Assembly (NCBI GenBank): GCA_964431415.1
Contig: CAYSJS010000003.1
Span: 36,422 to 100,421, forward strand
Length of the DNA: 64,000 nt
Reading direction: 5' to 3'
DNA from: an uncultured Candidatus Saccharibacteria bacterium
GTDB taxonomy: Bacteria > Patescibacteriota > Saccharimonadia > Saccharimonadales > JACDBH01
Shown here: piece by piece, positions 18,518 through 30,927 of the stretch
Layout of the letters: every line of letters starts with the position of its first letter
How positions within the stretch are numbered: the first letter of the stretch is position 1
The notes under the pieces: model-generated
Told to the model about the DNA's origin: nothing
Database searches by the model: none
Seen by the model: the letters and a program-made list of their open reading frames with translations, nothing else
Made by a program: the position numbers and the translations under genes

Positions 18518-19312
18518 TTAGTAGCCGGCAGTAGCCACTAAAACGTGATTCATCGTGTACAAGCCAGACGGCGTTGTATTGGCAATGTTTAAAATATACG
18601 AAATCGTAAAGTCTGTACGCCCACTACTCTTGGTCGACTGCGCAATGATATCCCCATTGGCATATTTGTAAGAGTTAGCCGTGTTATAACCGCTTGCCGC
18701 CGCACCATAGCTAAATGTTCCATCTGGTATCTGTACCGGCGCCGAGCCAAAAGAAGTGCTCGGCAGACAAAGTGCACAGGTGTTGGCCATAAGATTTATA
18801 CCAAACTGCTCGGTCCCGACCGCAGAAGCGGTTGCCGTCCCGGGCGATGCCATGGTATGGCCGTTGTATGTTGGCCCAACAGAGGCGTTGCGCACCACAT
18901 ACCCACTGGAAACATACGCTTTTACATAAAATGTAGCCGTGCCCTGCGACGTCGAAGCGACCGACTGCTGACCCAGCGCAACTGTCGAGCCGTTTACTAC
19001 AAATTCTATGTACTCATCACGCGGTGTTATTGGACCGGCCTCGGCTGCGTAATTGGTGCTGGCAGCACCTCCCACACCTAGCGCACCCGTACTTCCGTTA
19101 GCCGAATAGTTTGGGCTGCTCAGATTATTTTCACCACCAGTCCCAAAGGAGTATTCATAGGTAGAATAGCTCGGCGATGACGACGTCTGCGCCCACGCCG
19201 CGCTTGGTACCAATGCAGCCAAAAAGACCACAAGGAGCGCTCGCCAAAATGTTTTGATTACTCTTTTACTCATACCGTAGTGACTATTATATAGCGCTTT
19301 TGCTTCTTGCAC
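18518..19312 (-). CDS. Secreted WxL-like/pilin-like protein (likely start 19273)
   Basis: Signal peptide AWA|QT, EQFGINL, C-terminal GLYTMNHVLVATAGY. Confidence 0.75.
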   Translation of the reverse strand: MQEAKALYNSHYGMSKRVIKTFWRALLVVFLAALVPSAAWAQTSSSPSYSTYEYSFGTGGENNLSSPNYSANGSTGALGVGGAASTNYAAEAGPITPRDEYIEFVVNGSTVALGQQSVASTSQGTATFYVKAYVSSGYVVRNASVGPTYNGHTMASPGTATASAVGTEQFGINLMANTCALCLPSTSFGSAPVQIPDGTFSYGAAASGYNTANSYKYANGDIIAQSTKSSGRTDFTISYILNIANTTPSGLYTMNHVLVATAGY

Positions 19313-19409
19313 ACCTCTTTTGCTTAAAAATCAAGATAGAGCAAAGCCTTGATAACGCTTACGTTTTTAAGCCAGACCCTGTATTATACATCTAAAGAAT
19401 AGACAACCC

Positions 19410-20422
19410 ATGAACCAAGATCCTTCTTCACTTGAAAGCAATAGCCTCGAGACCCCGGAACCGATTCAACCCGGTACGCTGCCCGGTTCTGGTGCTAATT
19501 CGGAAGCTCCTGCGCCTGCACCGTCCGATACGGGTGTAGTAGATCCAGATGCGCCAAAAAATGGAGCAAACGGTCCGAAAGAGAGGCTGCTCGGTCGCCT
19601 GCTAGGGAAACTAAATATCTATTCGGTGCTCTTAATCGTCGTTATGCTCATTTTAGTCGTAGCGACTATTCTTGCTCTCAGGCAAAACAGAATTTCAACC
19701 AACAAGAGCGCCCTCAAAACCCAGGAGCTTACCCAGGAAGCCATCGATAAACTGGCAGAAACCTCACCCACTGTCGGCAGCGCATCCGAAACCCTAAACA
19801 TCGCTTCAAATGCCATATTTAATGGCAGTATTCTCGTTAAGGGCGGGATAGACGTTGCCGGCGGACTAAAAATAGGTAGTGCCCTCTCGTTGCCCACAAT
19901 TAGCGTTGGCGATACGGCGACTGTCGAACTCTTGGCCGCAAAAAGAATAACAGTTGCCGGTGACACCGCCGTTCAAGGCAAAATGACCATCCAAAACGGT
20001 TTAAGTGTCATTGGTGGCGGCACATTTAGTGGACCACTTTCTGCTTCCCAGGTAACAACAGACAAATTGCAGCTGAATGGCGATCTGCAACTCACCCAGC
20101 ACATCGACCCGAACGGCGTATCGCCAAGCCGAACCAATGGCAGCGCACTAGGCGGCGGCGGTACTGCATCCGTAAGCGGCACCGATACAGCCGGAACAGT
20201 TGTAATTAATACAGGCAACAGCGCGCCCGCTGGTTGTTTTGTAACCATTAACTTTACAAAAGCTTTCACGGGTACCCCGCACGTCGTTATTTCGCCCTCC
20301 AGCTCAACTGCCGCAACGCTCAATTACTACACCAACCGTAGCACCGGCAACTTTAGTATCTGTAGTGCTGGCGACCCACCAGACAACACCGCCAACATTA
20401 CTTTCGACTACATCGTCATTGA

Positions 20423-20426
<4 letters not shown>
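19410..20426 (+). CDS. Bitopic membrane protein with beta-repeat stalk and fibre-tip-like C-terminal domain
   Basis: Pro-rich cytoplasmic N-terminus, TM, short coiled coil, repeated xxVxGx units, C-terminal TINFTKAFTGTPHVVISP...FDYIVID. Confidence 0.75.
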
Positions 20427-22846
<2,420 letters not shown>

Positions 22847-22850
<4 letters not shown>

Positions 22851-24277
22851 TTCTTAAGCTCCACCATACTTTTTGCCCGAAGGCTTTCTTTTACCTTTTC
22901 GTAGTTCGTCTCGTCAACAGGAGCAGCAAGTTCCTTTATGCTCTTTTTTAGGAGTGCCACATCTATCATCTCACCCTCTTGGGCGTTTAAGATCAGGTCT
23001 AGCATCAACTGCTGGCCGTAGATGGTATATGACTCTCCGGGTGCCTGCTTCAGTATCTCAATCAGGCGCTTACCCATTTCTAGGTCTTTTTTGGTCGCCA
23101 GAGCCATTTCAGATCCGAAATGCGAAAATTCCTGAGCCTGTCTGTACGATGCGACCACTCGCATAGCCTGAGACGCAAGCTGCTTTTGCCGTTCGTTCTG
23201 CCCGCGTCCGCCCACACGGGTCACGCTAAGCCCAACACTCAAAGCAGGCCGGAGCCCATCCCTAAAAATATCCATATCAAGTATCCACTGACCATCGGTA
23301 ATAGACATTATGTTTGTCGGCAAAAACGCCGTTATGTCACCTGCCGTAGCAAGTACAAGCGGCAGACAGGTGAGTGTTTTGTGGTTTGTCTTCAGCTTGC
23401 CGGCTCGTTCTAGAAGCGAAGAGTGAACATAGAACATATCACCTGGGAAGGAGTCGCGGCCAGGGCTGGTGCCGGAAAGCAGCGAAATTTCGCGGTACGC
23501 CTGTGCATGACTAGTCATGTCATCATATACAATCAGAACATTTCGGTCGCACTTTTGCCACAAATATTCGGCCATAGAACAGCCAACATATGGAGCAAGG
23601 TAACTCATGATCAACGATTCAAACATGGTAGAAACAATAACAATGGCGTTTTTAAGCGCATCGTTTGCGCGCAGCCGTTCGAGCAGAGTTTCTACATCAC
23701 TCCGCCGCTTTGCTATTAAGACATACACCACAACGACATCGGTATCTTTTTGGTTAATAACCAGTTGCGTGGCAAGGGTCGACTTACCCGACTTACTGTC
23801 GCCCAAGACTGCAATACGCTGTCCATGAGCCAAGGGGAATAACGAGTCAACCACAGTCACACCGGTAACAAGCTGCGTATTTATTATTTCACGCTGATAC
23901 AAACTCGGTGCCGTATGAAAGACCGGCCACACCGCATCGGCCGCAATTGGACCCTGTCCATCAAGTGGCTCACCCGTTACGGTAATTACTCTGCCCACAA
24001 AGTCCTTGCCTACTTTTGCTACCAGCTCCGGATGCTGCAAAACCGCCACCATGCCCACCGTAATCTCGGCCACGCTGAGCAGGAGTACGATTACCTCGTT
24101 TTCATATATCTGGTGCACATAGCCTTTGCTGCCATCTTCAAACAGAATCAGTGCATGCACATTCACCGAACTGAGACCGCGCACTGTTATAAGAAACTTA
24201 TCAACAGCAATAACTTCACCGACATCGTTACCCATTTCTACGAGTCTCTCGAAGTGAACATTGGCACTCACACTCAT
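22847..24277 (-). CDS. atpA: Divergent F1 alpha-like subunit
   Basis: [73 protein letters not shown]. Confidence 0.9.
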
Positions 24278-24834
24278 GACTGCGCCCTCAGACTCGCACC
24301 AAGTGCAGCTTTATTGTCTTCGAAATGTTTCTTGAAGCTAAAGTCAAAATACTTGTTGGTGGTACGAAAAATGCAGCCCGCAGCAATGCTCGGCCGAAGT
24401 CCTAGCTGTAAAAGTACATGCGGATGTGCTTCCTGCCGGAACCAGGCGGTAATCTTCATCAAAAAATCCGGCTTCGGATCCACTGCAAAGCTCGCATGTA
24501 CAATAGGCGCGCGGCTGCGCAGTTGAGACAAAAACTCCACAAGCTGCGTACGGTCCTCTTCGCGCAGCACATTGAGATTATTCTCGGCAAGGAGTGCGTT
24601 AAGCTGCGCACTCAGCTGGGGAACAGTCTGTGTAGTAGCGCCTTTTATGGCCGCTTGGGCGAAAAAAGCCACTATTCCGTCCACTTCGCGGCTCAAGCGC
24701 GAAACATCTGCCTTGGTGATTACCTGAATCGGAAGTTTAAGCACTACCGGAGCCGGCACCGCCATTTCGCTGCGCAAGCGCTCCCGTACTATATCGGCAG
24801 CAGAGCGAGTGTGTTGACTAGAATCAGGCGCCAC
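24274..24834 (-). CDS. F1 delta/OSCP-like subunit
   Basis: C-terminal [20 protein letters not shown] resembles the delta C-terminal motif; directly upstream of alpha. Confidence 0.6.
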   Translation of the reverse strand: MAPDSSQHTRSAADIVRERLRSEMAVPAPVVLKLPIQVITKADVSRLSREVDGIVAFFAQAAIKGATTQTVPQLSAQLNALLAENNLNVLREEDRTQLVEFLSQLRSRAPIVHASFAVDPKPDFLMKITAWFRQEAHPHVLLQLGLRPSIAAGCIFRTTNKYFDFSFKKHFEDNKAALGASLRAQS

Positions 24835-25441
24835 TACGGATGTCCTCTACCATCGTCGTCTTATTCGCTTCCATCTCGCCCAAGATATATTCCAGCTGAT
24901 CACTGAGGTCAATTTCGTTCCCTACCGCATCAAGCACATAATGGTTCACAATCTCCGCCATATGATCTTCGAATCGTTTAACGAGCCGCTCACGTTCCGC
25001 CTCAAACTCCTTTTCAAGATTGGCATGCAGCACTTGCCGCTCTTCTTCTATAGCAGACTGCGTCTTGGCGATGGAATTAATAGCGAGCTGTTTAGCGTCG
25101 TCTATTGACTGCTCATACTTACTAAATTCTTCTTGAAGGGTTTTGGTGATCTCTCCCTTCATATATTCATTTAGTTGCGAGGTAGTCAGTCGCAGATCCT
25201 GCTGCAAAAACATAGCGTTTTCGCCGATTATCTTTTCAAAATGGAGTCGCGCACGGTTACGAAGCTCCTCACGAAATTCGTCGTTAAATATCCGCTCCAC
25301 ATCCTTTTCGGCGGCTTCGGTATATACTTCGCTCTCGCTCTTTGCTTTTTTGTGCCCGCCCAAAGAGTAAGCTACCCAGCAAAAGGCCGCCGCCACGCTT
25401 AAGAGCGAACCAACTACTAGTGCCAACCCCCATGTATTCAT
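24824..25441 (-). CDS. Fo b-like peripheral stalk protein
   Basis: Single N-terminal TM followed by long charged coiled coil; b position in gene order. Confidence 0.55.
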   Translation of the reverse strand: MNTWGLALVVGSLLSVAAAFCWVAYSLGGHKKAKSESEVYTEAAEKDVERIFNDEFREELRNRARLHFEKIIGENAMFLQQDLRLTTSQLNEYMKGEITKTLQEEFSKYEQSIDDAKQLAINSIAKTQSAIEEERQVLHANLEKEFEAERERLVKRFEDHMAEIVNHYVLDAVGNEIDLSDQLEYILGEMEANKTTMVEDIRSGA

Positions 25442-25472
25442 TTTTGTTACTTCCCCACCTGTCCCATTCCGC

Positions 25473-26318
25473 TTATAGTTTCAATAGTAAATATACCGCA
25501 ATTACGCTAATCACGAAAACGGTAAGGCTCAAAAAGTAGACTCCTGTGACACTTTTTACAATACTTTTCCTGCTGAGCGGATTGCGTCCGATCGAAATAA
25601 TACCGCTTTTTATACCAGCATAGAGTATAACGCCGGCTATAAGCGTGCCGACTGCAAAAATAATGGTGCTTAAATATAGACGCAGTGCACTGACCGCTTT
25701 TCCGGCAATTGCTTCGGCAGCCCGATTAAGAAGCAATGGCGCACCGTTATCGCTCTTTGCAAGCGGATTGCGGGCAACCGCAATTTCTACCGATATAGTG
25801 CCTAAATTAATGGGGCGCTGACCGCCCTTGCCGTCCGTAAGCGAAGCGGTACTGAGTACGTTATGGACGCCGTCAAAACTTGTCACTGCACGACCTAAGA
25901 TATTACGCTGCTGGTCGGTTGCCTTCATGCCTATGCCGCTGATGGCAGAAAGCGTTACATAGTCTGACGCGCTAATAGCACCTTCTTGGTCACTAACAAG
26001 TACGTCGTACTTGCCTGACGTAGCGACAAATATCTGCTTATTTTCCGCCGAAACCGTTATTGGGGAGTCATTGGGGTTAACAACAACGCCCAATATATTG
26101 CTTATTTTAGTCGTATCGATAGGAACAACCTTCGACGCATCTTTTTCGTCGAGGCCCACAATCATGCCGCGCCTCAAGGTTTGGTCACTCGCATAGGCTC
26201 TGGTGACACTTTGCGCCGAAAGAACACCGGTGAGTTTAACCGCAATAAGCAAGCTCAAACCAAATACCGCGGCAAACCTCTTAAGACTCAAGATGCTCCG
26301 GATTTTTTGTAAGCTCAT
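25473..26318 (-). CDS. Exported domain fused to c-subunit-like helical hairpin (RNP loop, no carboxylate)
   Basis: Signal peptide, GMIVGL/ILGVV/VATSG/GIGMKA/ILGRA domain, then TM-IGRNPLS-TM; first gene of the F1-like operon. Confidence 0.6.
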   Translation of the reverse strand: MSLQKIRSILSLKRFAAVFGLSLLIAVKLTGVLSAQSVTRAYASDQTLRRGMIVGLDEKDASKVVPIDTTKISNILGVVVNPNDSPITVSAENKQIFVATSGKYDVLVSDQEGAISASDYVTLSAISGIGMKATDQQRNILGRAVTSFDGVHNVLSTASLTDGKGGQRPINLGTISVEIAVARNPLAKSDNGAPLLLNRAAEAIAGKAVSALRLYLSTIIFAVGTLIAGVILYAGIKSGIISIGRNPLSRKSIVKSVTGVYFLSLTVFVISVIAVYLLLKL

Positions 26319-26349
26319 GTTCTACATAGTATACCGCTTATGTGCGATA

Positions 26350-27519
26350 TCATACAACAGAGATACGCGAGGCAGTACGGGAGAGTTCCGAAAGGGTTTT
26401 AACAAATTGCCGCACGTCTTCTTCGCTCGTGTCCCTGCCCATAGTGATCCGAAGACTGGAACGCGCTTCTTCATCAGTCAGTCCAATGGCGCGTAGCACG
26501 TGCGACGGTTCTTCGCTGCTAGCACTGCACGCCGAACCAACTGCCACCATAAAACCCTTTTCATCAAGCGCCATCATAAGCCGCTCGTTATCTTCGCCGG
26601 GAAGAGTTATGTGAATATTGTTCGGAACGCGATGCGACCGACTCCCGTTTATGTGCACAGAGGGGATGGTTTCTTCCAGCAGATCATAAGCCAACGACTG
26701 CAACCCCATCATTCGTTTCGATTCTGATTCTTTTAGGTCATGCGCGTCTTCGAGTGCGGTTGCCAGGCCAACTATATTTGTAACACTCTCCGTACCACTG
26801 CGAAGAGACCGCTCTTGCCCGCCGCCATGTATGAGCGGCGTGAGCTGCACACCGGTTTTTACGTATAGTACTCCACTCGCCTTCGGCCCATATATTTTGC
26901 CGCCATTGAGCGTCATAAGGTCTACACCAAGCGTATTAACAAGCACGTGCAAATAGTTCGGTGCTTGCGCCGCATCGGTGTGTAAATAAAGCGGCAAGGT
27001 GTTGCCGGCTTTGACCCGCTCCCGCACAATCTCTTTGATAATTTTTGCTATTTCCGCAATTGGCTGCACGGTTCCAATTTCGTTATTCACATACATAACA
27101 CTTACCAAAACCGTCCGGTCATCGATGGATTTTTGCAGTTCGTCTAAGTCAATCCGTCCATCCGGCTTAACATTTACAACTTTATTCGGAAACAATGCCG
27201 CTGCCCGCAGAACCGCTTCGTGCTCTACCGCACTAACCACGCAGTTCGCATCCGGAAACTGCTGCATTACCCCCAGAACAGCTAGGTTATCCGACTCCGT
27301 GCCGCCGGCAGTAAAAATTACTTCGCCTGGCCGCGCTCCGATTATTTTTGCCACGCTCGCCCGGGCACCATCTACCGCTTCTCGTACTTTTTGCGCAGCC
27401 AGATACTGTGCCGAAGGATTATAAAACTGTACAGAAAAATAAGGTTCCATTGCCTCTTTAACGTGCGTGCTCATAGGTGTTGCCGCCGCATGGTCAAGGT
27501 AAATGGATACTGGTTTCAT
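26350..27519 (-). CDS. iscS: Cysteine desulfurase IscS/NifS
   Basis: IYLDHAAATP, GGTESDN, NNEIG, HTDAAQ, KIYGPK, GSACS. Confidence 0.95.
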   Translation of the reverse strand: MKPVSIYLDHAAATPMSTHVKEAMEPYFSVQFYNPSAQYLAAQKVREAVDGARASVAKIIGARPGEVIFTAGGTESDNLAVLGVMQQFPDANCVVSAVEHEAVLRAAALFPNKVVNVKPDGRIDLDELQKSIDDRTVLVSVMYVNNEIGTVQPIAEIAKIIKEIVRERVKAGNTLPLYLHTDAAQAPNYLHVLVNTLGVDLMTLNGGKIYGPKASGVLYVKTGVQLTPLIHGGGQERSLRSGTESVTNIVGLATALEDAHDLKESESKRMMGLQSLAYDLLEETIPSVHINGSRSHRVPNNIHITLPGEDNERLMMALDEKGFMVAVGSACSASSEEPSHVLRAIGLTDEEARSSLRITMGRDTSEEDVRQFVKTLSELSRTASRISVV

Positions 27520-27567
27520 ACTGTGTAGTAGTATACCTTACATCTGTTTTAGGAAAGCCAAAAAGTA

Positions 27568-27942
27568 TTAGAGATAGGCAGCGTACAACTCGGTACGTAT
27601 TTTGTTTTCATAAATCTTCGTTGCCTGCAGCAGACGCTCAGCTTCTTCAAGCGAAACACTCTGGTATGACTGACCATCCTGCGCCTTTAGTATGCCGGTA
27701 GGACGTATATCATAACGGGTAGTCTTATAGCGCAGCTGTTTTTTATTATCCAGCCACTCTTCATGCCAAACCCATGTATGCTCATCAAGACAAAAGAACT
27801 CACGCTTACCGCCTTTTGGCATCGGGCCGAATATTGCTCCGCCGATTTTTGCCTCACGGCGAATAAGGCTCCGATATAGTTCCGCGCCTTGATCTTCCGC
27901 GCGCTGGGTTCTAGCGCCACTAAGCAGCTTTTGGAAAATCAT
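27568..27942 (-). CDS. Conserved-looking hypothetical protein
   Basis: REAKIGGAIFGP...REFFCLDEHTWVWHEEW; overlaps upstream ORF, GGAG RBS. Confidence 0.8.
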   Translation of the reverse strand: MIFQKLLSGARTQRAEDQGAELYRSLIRREAKIGGAIFGPMPKGGKREFFCLDEHTWVWHEEWLDNKKQLRYKTTRYDIRPTGILKAQDGQSYQSVSLEEAERLLQATKIYENKIRTELYAAYL

Positions 27943-28444
27943 GTTCTTCTCCTTGCGGCACAGATGCCGTAATCATACGCTCTTTGGCCTCGTCGGCAGA
28001 TATAGCTGACCCATTTACGGCAGCACGAATAGCGCTCAGATCTACTACATTAGCAGCAACCGTTGGCTCGACCGCTGCTTCTTCGCGTGCAAGTTCATGG
28101 ACCATGCTATCAAGCAGGTGTTGGTCAATTTCTACCTCAGAATCTAGTATAGTTGGAGCCAGCTGCTCAGCTTGCTGAGCGGGTTCTGGTGTAGTGTGCT
28201 GCAAAGTTGCCTCTGTAGGCCACTCTGACTGCTTCTCTTCTATAAGCTCAGCGTACCGGGTCCTAAAGATATGCTGGACCTTATGGCGGGATTTGCTCCG
28301 CTCTGCGGCACGGGTAAACCCGACAGCCCTCTCCACATCGAAGTTCGAGCGTGAAACAATCGACACCCTATGCTGAGGCAGAGACCGTACGGTCTCTTTC
28401 AATACGTCGTGTGTGAATGGTCCCAATGAACCAAAAGGTCTCAT
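27920..28444 (-). CDS. Hypothetical protein
   Basis: ATGA-coupled to tatD stop; low-complexity acidic C-half. Confidence 0.65.
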   Translation of the reverse strand: MRPFGSLGPFTHDVLKETVRSLPQHRVSIVSRSNFDVERAVGFTRAAERSKSRHKVQHIFRTRYAELIEEKQSEWPTEATLQHTTPEPAQQAEQLAPTILDSEVEIDQHLLDSMVHELAREEAAVEPTVAANVVDLSAIRAAVNGSAISADEAKERMITASVPQGEEHDFPKAA

Positions 28445-29247
28445 AGCAGATTAAACAATTCCTTTGCATTTACAGTGGTGGCCGCGGCCAACTTTTCTAA
28501 GCTCTCGTTACGGAGTTCACTTAAAAATTCCCCTGTCACTCGAACATACTTTGACTCGCAGATTTTACCACGGAACGGTTTTGGTGTCAAGAAAGGAGCA
28601 TCCGTTTCCAGAAGCAATTTTTCAAGCGGCACGGCTCTTGCTGCCGCGAGCTGCTCCTCGTTTTTAGTAAATGTCATAATACCATTAAGCCCCACATATA
28701 GACCTCTTTTGAGTATTTGTTCGAGATCATTTGTAGAACTGCTAAAACTGTGTACCACCCCTTTTAGTCCGTCATATGAGTCGAATATCGGCCAAAAGTC
28801 ATCAAATGCTTCCCGTACATGAAAAATGAGCGGTTTTGCATACTCTTTGGCCACATCAAGCTGAAAGCGAAGTAGCTTAATTTGATCTTCTTTAGGTGAA
28901 TGCTCGTAGTAATAGTCCAGTCCTATTTCGCCTATCGCCACCACTTTAGGACTGCCCGCTAGGTCGCGGAACGACTGCAGAGCAGCGTGATCGTGCACAT
29001 ACTGCGCGCCTTCGTGCGGGTGCAATCCAATCGCCGCCCACACATTTTCATGACGGGCGGCAAATTCTACCGCCATACGGCTATCTTCTAAGGTACAGCC
29101 AACAACAATTAACCGGGTAACGCCCGCAAGGGCAGCGTCTTGAATGACTTTTTCCGGGTCCAGCGGAAAATCCACAAAGTGTATATGACAATGCGTATCA
29201 ACCAGTTCAATTCCATCCGAACCTTGCGGGGCGCTGCTGTTAGCCAT
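28441..29247 (-). CDS. tatD: TatD family nuclease
   Basis: DTHCH, GLHPH, GEIGLDY, HVREA, HSFS, ETDAPFL. Confidence 0.96.
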   Translation of the reverse strand: MANSSAPQGSDGIELVDTHCHIHFVDFPLDPEKVIQDAALAGVTRLIVVGCTLEDSRMAVEFAARHENVWAAIGLHPHEGAQYVHDHAALQSFRDLAGSPKVVAIGEIGLDYYYEHSPKEDQIKLLRFQLDVAKEYAKPLIFHVREAFDDFWPIFDSYDGLKGVVHSFSSSTNDLEQILKRGLYVGLNGIMTFTKNEEQLAAARAVPLEKLLLETDAPFLTPKPFRGKICESKYVRVTGEFLSELRNESLEKLAAATTVNAKELFNLL

Positions 29248-29255
29248 ACTAGCCT

Positions 29256-30716
29256 TTACTTATTACCGCTTTTAGCCGGTTCAAGTTCAATCTTCGGAAA
29301 TAGCACCGCTTTTGGCGGCTGCAACAGTCCTTCGGCAAAAATATTCTTGATCGCTTGAGCCGTGTCTGGCAGGAAAGGTACCAGCAGCTCTGCAATCTCA
29401 AGCAGATCGCTCACCATATTCGCTAGTACTTCACGCAGATGCTCGGCATCGTTTTCTTTCGCAATCACCCACGGCTTTTGCTCGTCAATATATTGGTTAA
29501 GCCCGCGGACTTGCTCCCACACACTGTCCAAAGCTCTGTCAAACCTAAACTCAGCCAATGACTCGTGGTACACGGCCGCATCATGTTCGGAGGCAGGAAT
29601 ATCGCCAATGAGGCCATTCTGATACTTCTCGATCATGACTGCCGTACGCTGCACGGCATTGCCGAGCTCATTGCCCAGTTCATTGTTATAAGCCCGATTA
29701 AACTCTTCCCAGGTAAAATCGCCGTCGCCATAACTTGGCACATGACGCAGGAAGAAATAGCGGAATGCGTCAACACCGTATGTTTTGACAATTTCATGCG
29801 GATTAATCACATTACCGAGACTTTTACTTATCTTTTGTCCGGACACATTCACAAAACCATGCACATACAGGTTTTTTGGCAGCGGCAGCCCGAGCCCAAG
29901 CAGAATTCCCGGCCATATAGCCGCATGAAAGCGAATAATGTCTTTACCAATAACCTGAACATTGGACGGCCAAAAATCTTTAAAGTCTTTATGTTCCGGG
30001 TAGCCAAGCACCGTTATATAGTTTAATAGCGCCTCGAACCACACATACATCACCTGCTTCGGATCGCCCGGCACCGGTATTCCCCATTTAATTTTGCTCT
30101 TTGGCCGCGAAATACTAATATCTTCCAAACCATCCTTCAGTACGGCCAAAATTTCATTCCGCTTCGTTTCCGGAACGATATTAAAGGACCCGTTCTCTAT
30201 GGCTTTTAGTATGGCATCGGTGTATTTACTAAGTTTAAAGAAGTAATTTTCTTCCTCTATTTTTTCGTACGGTCTTTTATGGTTTGGGCATATGCCTTCG
30301 TTTTCCTTCACGACCGTTTCTGTAAAGAACGCTTCGTCGCCAACACAATACCAACCGGTATAACTCGACTTATAGATATCTTTGCTGAGGTTTTTCCAGA
30401 CTATCTGTGCGCGCTGCTCGTGGCCTTTGTCGGTTGTGCGTATAAAGCGGTCGTTGGAAATTCCAAGCGTCATCGCAAGCTCGCGGAACTTTGCGGAATT
30501 CTGATCAGCAAGCTCCTGCGGGGTTATTTTTAATTCTTTCGCCTTTTCTTCGATCTTACCGCCGTGTTCATCCGTCCCCGTGCTGAAGATAACAGCATTT
30601 CCCTGCTGACGGGCATAGCGTGCCAGCACGTCGGCGAGCGTTATTTCAAGCCCAAAGCCAATATGCGGTTCGCCGTTTATATAAGGGATTGATGTCGTAA
30701 TAAAATAGTTAGTCAT
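29256..30716 (-). CDS. metG: Methionine--tRNA ligase (short form)
   Basis: PHIG, GTDEHG, YVWFEAL, GKDIIRFH, KISKS; GAGGAG RBS. Confidence 0.97.
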   Translation of the reverse strand: MTNYFITTSIPYINGEPHIGFGLEITLADVLARYARQQGNAVIFSTGTDEHGGKIEEKAKELKITPQELADQNSAKFRELAMTLGISNDRFIRTTDKGHEQRAQIVWKNLSKDIYKSSYTGWYCVGDEAFFTETVVKENEGICPNHKRPYEKIEEENYFFKLSKYTDAILKAIENGSFNIVPETKRNEILAVLKDGLEDISISRPKSKIKWGIPVPGDPKQVMYVWFEALLNYITVLGYPEHKDFKDFWPSNVQVIGKDIIRFHAAIWPGILLGLGLPLPKNLYVHGFVNVSGQKISKSLGNVINPHEIVKTYGVDAFRYFFLRHVPSYGDGDFTWEEFNRAYNNELGNELGNAVQRTAVMIEKYQNGLIGDIPASEHDAAVYHESLAEFRFDRALDSVWEQVRGLNQYIDEQKPWVIAKENDAEHLREVLANMVSDLLEIAELLVPFLPDTAQAIKNIFAEGLLQPPKAVLFPKIELEPAKSGNK

Positions 30717-30778
30717 TATGCTCCTCGTTTTCTGTAATTAGTGTGCTAAATAAATGTAAGAGATAGAAAATACGTGCC

Positions 30779-30826
30779 CTAGCGGGGCATGAGCATCATA
30801 ACATTTTCGACACGTATTCGTTTCAT
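30779..30826 (-). CDS. Putative metG leader peptide MKRIRVENVMMLMPR (3 internal Met)
   Basis: TATACT (30834-30839) 7 nt before ATG; ATG ATG CTC ATG cluster; TAG inside hairpin TGCCC-CGCTA-GGGCA. Confidence 0.75.
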   Translation of the reverse strand: MKRIRVENVMMLMPR

Positions 30827-30927
30827 AGATATAAGTATACACTCCTCATCTGTTAACGCCAATATTTCACGGCTTACGCCTAGTGCTTGCTTAGCACCAC
30901 ATGCATGTTGCGGTTTTTGGCGTTCCA

